A stretch of 64,000 nt of DNA from Patescibacteria group bacterium (GTDB lineage: Bacteria; Patescibacteriota; Patescibacteriia; Patescibacteriales; UBA12465). Every line of letters begins with the position of its first letter. Within the stretch, counting starts at the first letter, position 1. Below the pieces are notes generated by a model. The model saw only the letters and a program-made list of their open reading frames with translations. It was not told the origin of the DNA and ran no database searches. The stretch covers positions 691 through 64,690 of the forward strand of contig JBAZTY010000001.1 of the NCBI GenBank assembly GCA_041661685.1, read 5' to 3'. Position numbers and translations under genes: made by a program. Shown here piece after piece: positions 60,508-64,000 of this stretch.

Positions 60508-60921
60508 ATGGTTTATTCTAATCTTTACGCCCGTTTTTACTCTTTTTGTCAAGAAATCAGAACCGCTGGCGCGGCGCTTTGGCGTTTTGCCCCCAGTCGT
60601 TTCTACCTGGGGCTGGCCGCTTTGTTTCAGGTTGTCCTCTGGCTACAGGCTGTTTTTATTTATAAGCATTTAAGCGGAGAGCTGTTAGTCCTCCATTATA
60701 ATATTGATTTTGGCATTGATCTCGTCGGCGCGCCTTGGCATATTTTCTTCTATCCGCTCTATGCCTTAGGTATCTTGGCTTTGAATTGGATTATGGTTGC
60801 CGCTCTGCATCGCCGCCAATATTTTCGGCTATTCGCCAATATCTTGCTGGCGGCCGCTGAATTGTTTTCGCTGTTCATCAGCTTGGCGTTGATGTTCATT
60901 TATTTGATTAATTTTAGATAA
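60508..60921 (+). CDS. hypothetical polytopic membrane protein
   Basis: 137 aa with 3-4 TM helices, immediately upstream of mraY. No family recognised. Confidence 0.5.
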   Translation: MVYSNLYARFYSFCQEIRTAGAALWRFAPSRFYLGLAALFQVVLWLQAVFIYKHLSGELLVLHYNIDFGIDLVGAPWHIFFYPLYALGILALNWIMVAALHRRQYFRLFANILLAAAELFSLFISLALMFIYLINFR

Positions 60922-60928
60922 TTTCCTT

Positions 60929-61978
60929 ATGATGGAATTCTACGTCGTTAAGATCTTGTTTTTTTCCGCCCTCGCTTTCATTTTTACGATTATTGTCGCG
61001 CCCATCCTGACCCATTATCTCTATAAATATAAATTAGGGAAGAAGATCCGGAACAGCGGAGAAACGCCGATTTTCAGCGAGCTTCATGCGCACAAGGAGG
61101 GAACGCCGACTATGGGAGGTGTCCTTATTTGGGGAACTGTCCTGATTTTTATTCTTGGCTTTTCCGTTTTAAGCAGCCTATTCCCGGGGAATATTTTTAA
61201 ACATCTTAATTTTTTATCCCGCTCAGAAACATTATTGCCTTTAGGCGCCCTAATCATTTCCGCTCTTATCGGCCTGTTCGATGATTGGTTGGATGTGCGC
61301 GGCCAGGGTGTTCTTGGCGGTGGCGGCTTGAAATTGCGCCATCGCTTGCTCATATACACGCTAATTGCTATCGCGGGCGCGCTCTGGTTCTATTTCAAAC
61401 TGGATTGGACGGTTTTTCATGTGCCTTTTTTGGGAAATTTTGAGATTGGCGCCTGGTATATCCCGATATTCATCTTTATTATCGTCGCCACTTCTTTTTC
61501 TGTTAATGAAACTGACGGCCTTGATGGTTTGGCTGGCGGAACCTTAATGATTGCTTTCGCCACTTATGGCATCATCGCTTTCATGTTGGGCCGTTATGAA
61601 CTGGCGACTTTCTGCGGCGTCATCATCGGCGCTTTACTGGCTTTCCTATGGTTCAATATTCCGCCCGCCCGTTTTTATATGGGCGATACCGGCTCCATGA
61701 GCTTGGGCGTGACTCTCGGTATTATCGCAATGCTCACTAATAATTCGCTGCTCTTAATTTTTGTCGGATTGATTTTTTTATTAGAATCTTTATCAGTCAT
61801 TATCCAAGTCTTGTCTAAGAGGCTGCGCGGCCGCAAAGTTTTCCTATCGGCGCCTATTCATCATCATTATCAGGCTAAAGGCTGGCCGGAAGCGAAGGTC
61901 GTCATGCGTTTCTGGGTGATAGCGATTATCGGCGCAGCTATCGGCTTGACCATCTTTTTGCTGGATCAGAAATTCTAA
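60929..61978 (+). CDS. mraY: phospho-N-acetylmuramoyl-pentapeptide transferase
   Basis: KEGTPTMGGVLIW, NETDGLDGLAGG, FYMGDTGSMSLG and PIHHHY motifs. Confidence 0.9.
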   Translation: MMEFYVVKILFFSALAFIFTIIVAPILTHYLYKYKLGKKIRNSGETPIFSELHAHKEGTPTMGGVLIWGTVLIFILGFSVLSSLFPGNIFKHLNFLSRSETLLPLGALIISALIGLFDDWLDVRGQGVLGGGGLKLRHRLLIYTLIAIAGALWFYFKLDWTVFHVPFLGNFEIGAWYIPIFIFIIVATSFSVNETDGLDGLAGGTLMIAFATYGIIAFMLGRYELATFCGVIIGALLAFLWFNIPPARFYMGDTGSMSLGVTLGIIAMLTNNSLLLIFVGLIFLLESLSVIIQVLSKRLRGRKVFLSAPIHHHYQAKGWPEAKVVMRFWVIAIIGAAIGLTIFLLDQKF

Positions 61979-61980
61979 CT

Positions 61981-63120
61981 ATGTTCGGCATACACACGAA
62001 AAAAACATCGCCTCGTCCGGGTGAGCATGAACCCGATAAGAGCCTAATAACGGCTCTGTTCATTTTGCTCGTCGTCGGGTTAGTCATGCTTTTTAGCGCG
62101 TCTTCAGTTGTCTCCTACGCCCGTTACGGCAATACTTATCATTATCTTCTCCGCCAGGCTTTCAGTTTCGGTATCGCTTTGGTGGTCTTTTTTGCCGCCG
62201 CCCGTATTAATTATCATTGGTGGAAGAAGTTTGCCGGTTTCTTTTTGCTGTTTTCTATTATTCTACTCTTATTAGTCTTCATTCCCGGACTGCGTTCCGA
62301 ATATGGAACTGCCCGCAGCTGGATTAATATTTTCGGCCAGTCTTTCCAGCCGTCGGAATTGGTGAAGGTTTCCTTCTTGATTTATTTGGCGACTTGGCTG
62401 GAAGCGAAGAAGGGAGATTTGAACAGTTTGACGAGCGGCGTTCTGCCATTCTTAGTGATACTCGGAGTGATCAGCATCTTGATGATTATGCAGCCGGATT
62501 TAGGAACCTTGTTTATTATCGCTTTTACGGCCGTAATCGTCTTTTTTTCCGGCGGCGGCAAAGTAATTCATATAATTATCGCGTTTCTTTTAGCCGCCTT
62601 GGCCCTATTCTTATTTCTCAGTTTGAACTCGAATTATCAAAGCGATCGCTTCAAGTGCTTGCAGGATCCAAGCTTTAGCGCTCAAGATAAGTGTTATCAG
62701 ATAAATCAATCCTTGATAGCGGTCGGCTCCGGCGGCTTCTTCGGCCGCGGCCTCGGGCAGAGTCGCCAGAAGTTCATGTATCTGCCGGAAGTCTGGGGTG
62801 ATTCGATTTTTCCGATCATCGCCGAAGAGACCGGATTTTTCTTCTCGACGCTTCTGATATTATTATATCTATTCCTTTTTTATCGCGGCCTGCTAGTTGC
62901 TCGTGGCGCTCCGGATATTTATGGTTCTTCTTTGGCAATCGGAATCGTCGCTTGGCTGGCAGTCCAAACTTTTTTAAATATCGGCGGCATGATTAATCTC
63001 ATTCCGATGACCGGCGTGCCGCTGCCCTTTATTTCAGCCGGCGGCTCGGCAGCGCTTTCGTCTCTATTAGGTATGGGCATATTGGTCAATATCAGTAAAC
63101 ACGCGAAGATCCGCGGTTAG
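61981..63120 (+). CDS. ftsW: SEDS-family peptidoglycan polymerase FtsW
   Basis: FQPSELVK, MQPDLGT and GVPLPFISAGGSA motifs. Position between mraY and murG. Confidence 0.8.
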   Translation: MFGIHTKKTSPRPGEHEPDKSLITALFILLVVGLVMLFSASSVVSYARYGNTYHYLLRQAFSFGIALVVFFAAARINYHWWKKFAGFFLLFSIILLLLVFIPGLRSEYGTARSWINIFGQSFQPSELVKVSFLIYLATWLEAKKGDLNSLTSGVLPFLVILGVISILMIMQPDLGTLFIIAFTAVIVFFSGGGKVIHIIIAFLLAALALFLFLSLNSNYQSDRFKCLQDPSFSAQDKCYQINQSLIAVGSGGFFGRGLGQSRQKFMYLPEVWGDSIFPIIAEETGFFFSTLLILLYLFLFYRGLLVARGAPDIYGSSLAIGIVAWLAVQTFLNIGGMINLIPMTGVPLPFISAGGSAALSSLLGMGILVNISKHAKIRG

Positions 63121-63143
63121 ATTGAAAAAAATAATAAGAAGAT

Positions 63144-64000
63144 ATGGAAAATAATCAGACGACTAAAACGATAGTTTTCAGCGGCGGTGGCACAGGCGGG
63201 TCAGTGGCGCCGCTTTTAGCCGTAGCCGAAGAAATGCATCGAGGCGGCGGAGCTTCCGATTTGCGTTTCGTCTTCGTCGGTACGAAAGACGGCCTGGAAA
63301 GGGAAATGGTCGCCGCTTTCAATAAAGAAGTCGGTGCGATGGAATTTGTTCCGCTTATTAGCGGCAAATGGCGCCGTTATTTCTCTATTCATAATTTTTT
63401 AGATATCTTCAAGGTCATCGCCGCCTGGTTTCAGTCTTTTATCATATTGAAAAAGATAAATCCTGATATTGTGATCAGCGCCGGCGCTTTCGTCAGCGTG
63501 CCGCTAGTTTGGGCGGCGGCCGCCCAGAAAATCCCGATACTTGTCCATCAGCAGGATCTGCGCCCCGGATTAGCTAATAGACTGATGGCCCCTTGGGCGC
63601 GAGCTATTACCGTCGTCTTTGAAAAATCGTTGATCGATTACGGACCGAGAACTATTTTGGCTGGAAACCCGATACGCCAGCCAGTCAGCGCTCAGGATGA
63701 AAGCTTGGCTAAAGAGTTGCAAGCCGAATACTCGCTAGATAATTCTATTCCTTTAATATTGATTATCGGTGGCGGAACTGGCGCGACCGGAATAAATCGG
63801 CTGATATTCAAAGCCGCTCCCGAATTAGTTCACGATTGTCAGATTATTCATTTGACTGGGCGCGGCAAGCTGCCCGAAGATGCCAGCCTTCTGAGTATCA
63901 AGAATTATCATGTTTTGGAATTCCTGGATAATCGCGTCGTGTCCGCTCTGATGTCTATGTCGAATCTCGTTGTTTCTCGCGCCGGTCTTGGCGCTTTGAC
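63144..64000 (+). CDS. murG: UDP-GlcNAc:lipid I N-acetylglucosaminyltransferase MurG, partial (runs off the window)
   Basis: ATG at 63144. IVFSGGGTGGSVAPLLAVAEE, ILVHQQDLRPGLANR, LIIGGGTGATGIN and VVSRAGLGAL. Not in the track because no stop lies in the window. Confidence 0.85.
   Translation, partial: MENNQTTKTIVFSGGGTGGSVAPLLAVAEEMHRGGGASDLRFVFVGTKDGLEREMVAAFNKEVGAMEFVPLISGKWRRYFSIHNFLDIFKVIAAWFQSFIILKKINPDIVISAGAFVSVPLVWAAAAQKIPILVHQQDLRPGLANRLMAPWARAITVVFEKSLIDYGPRTILAGNPIRQPVSAQDESLAKELQAEYSLDNSIPLILIIGGGTGATGINRLIFKAAPELVHDCQIIHLTGRGKLPEDASLLSIKNYHVLEFLDNRVVSALMSMSNLVVSRAGLGAL

Noticed and set aside
1-64000. Search for CRISPR arrays, tRNA/rRNA genes, transposases, integrases and reverse transcriptases.
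   Set aside because: I found no regularly spaced direct-repeat arrays, no cloverleaf-like sequences in the intergenic regions I read, and no ORF with recombinase or RT motifs. Absence was judged by eye only; tRNAscan, Infernal and minced would be decisive.
1-64000. An alternative genetic code (UGA recoding, as in some CPR lineages).
   Set aside because: TGA terminates several genes exactly at family-typical lengths: sortase (9029-9031), GT4 (11096-11098), flippase (14107-14109) and methyltransferase (15785-15787). No conserved gene is interrupted by in-frame TGA.

Overview
This 64-kb window looks like a small-genome, Patescibacteria/CPR-like bacterium. That placement is inferred from gene content and protein style, not from a database search. 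The genetic code is standard: TGA terminates genes at the expected lengths. Genes are tightly packed, and start codons usually sit in an A/T-rich 'atATG' context with no obvious Shine-Dalgarno sequence.

Housekeeping blocks: holB; frr-rseP-hpf; secA; ileS; ruvA; proS; mreB-mreC-mreD; and a dcw fragment, mraY-ftsW-murG, whose murG runs off the right edge.

Glycan and cell-envelope loci:
- 9.9-24.5 kb: GT4, flippase, two GT2, two methyltransferases, GT4, GtrA, FAD oxidoreductase, a GT-C-like membrane protein and a priming sugar-phosphate transferase.
- 48.9-59.4 kb: RmlC-like, RmlB, GT4, UXS-like, two GT4, DUF2304 and GT2.

Accessory or unusual content:
- A strongly AT-rich island (about 0.5-2.9 kb) of six small orphan ORFs.
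- An orphan PP2C-type phosphatase, a 504-aa orphan helical protein and a hemerythrin.
- A Mu Com-like zinc-ribbon mini-gene with its own promoter and terminator but no canonical start codon.
- A DUF3494 (ice-binding-like) LPXTG surface protein with a cognate sortase.
- A 'mobile mystery protein A/B' (HTH + Fic) module plus an excisionase-type HTH, inserted into the first glycan cluster and followed by a repeat-dense intergenic region.
- A frameshifted Bro-N gene followed by an array of palindromes.
- A ProRS lacking the INS editing domain, and two MreB paralogs.
- A subtilase-FG-GAP fusion.
- A degenerate PilB/GspE-like ATPase translationally coupled to a glycosyltransferase operon.

I saw no rRNA, tRNA, CRISPR array, transposase, integrase or reverse transcriptase. 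All functional calls rest on motif recognition by eye and need confirmation by profile searches.
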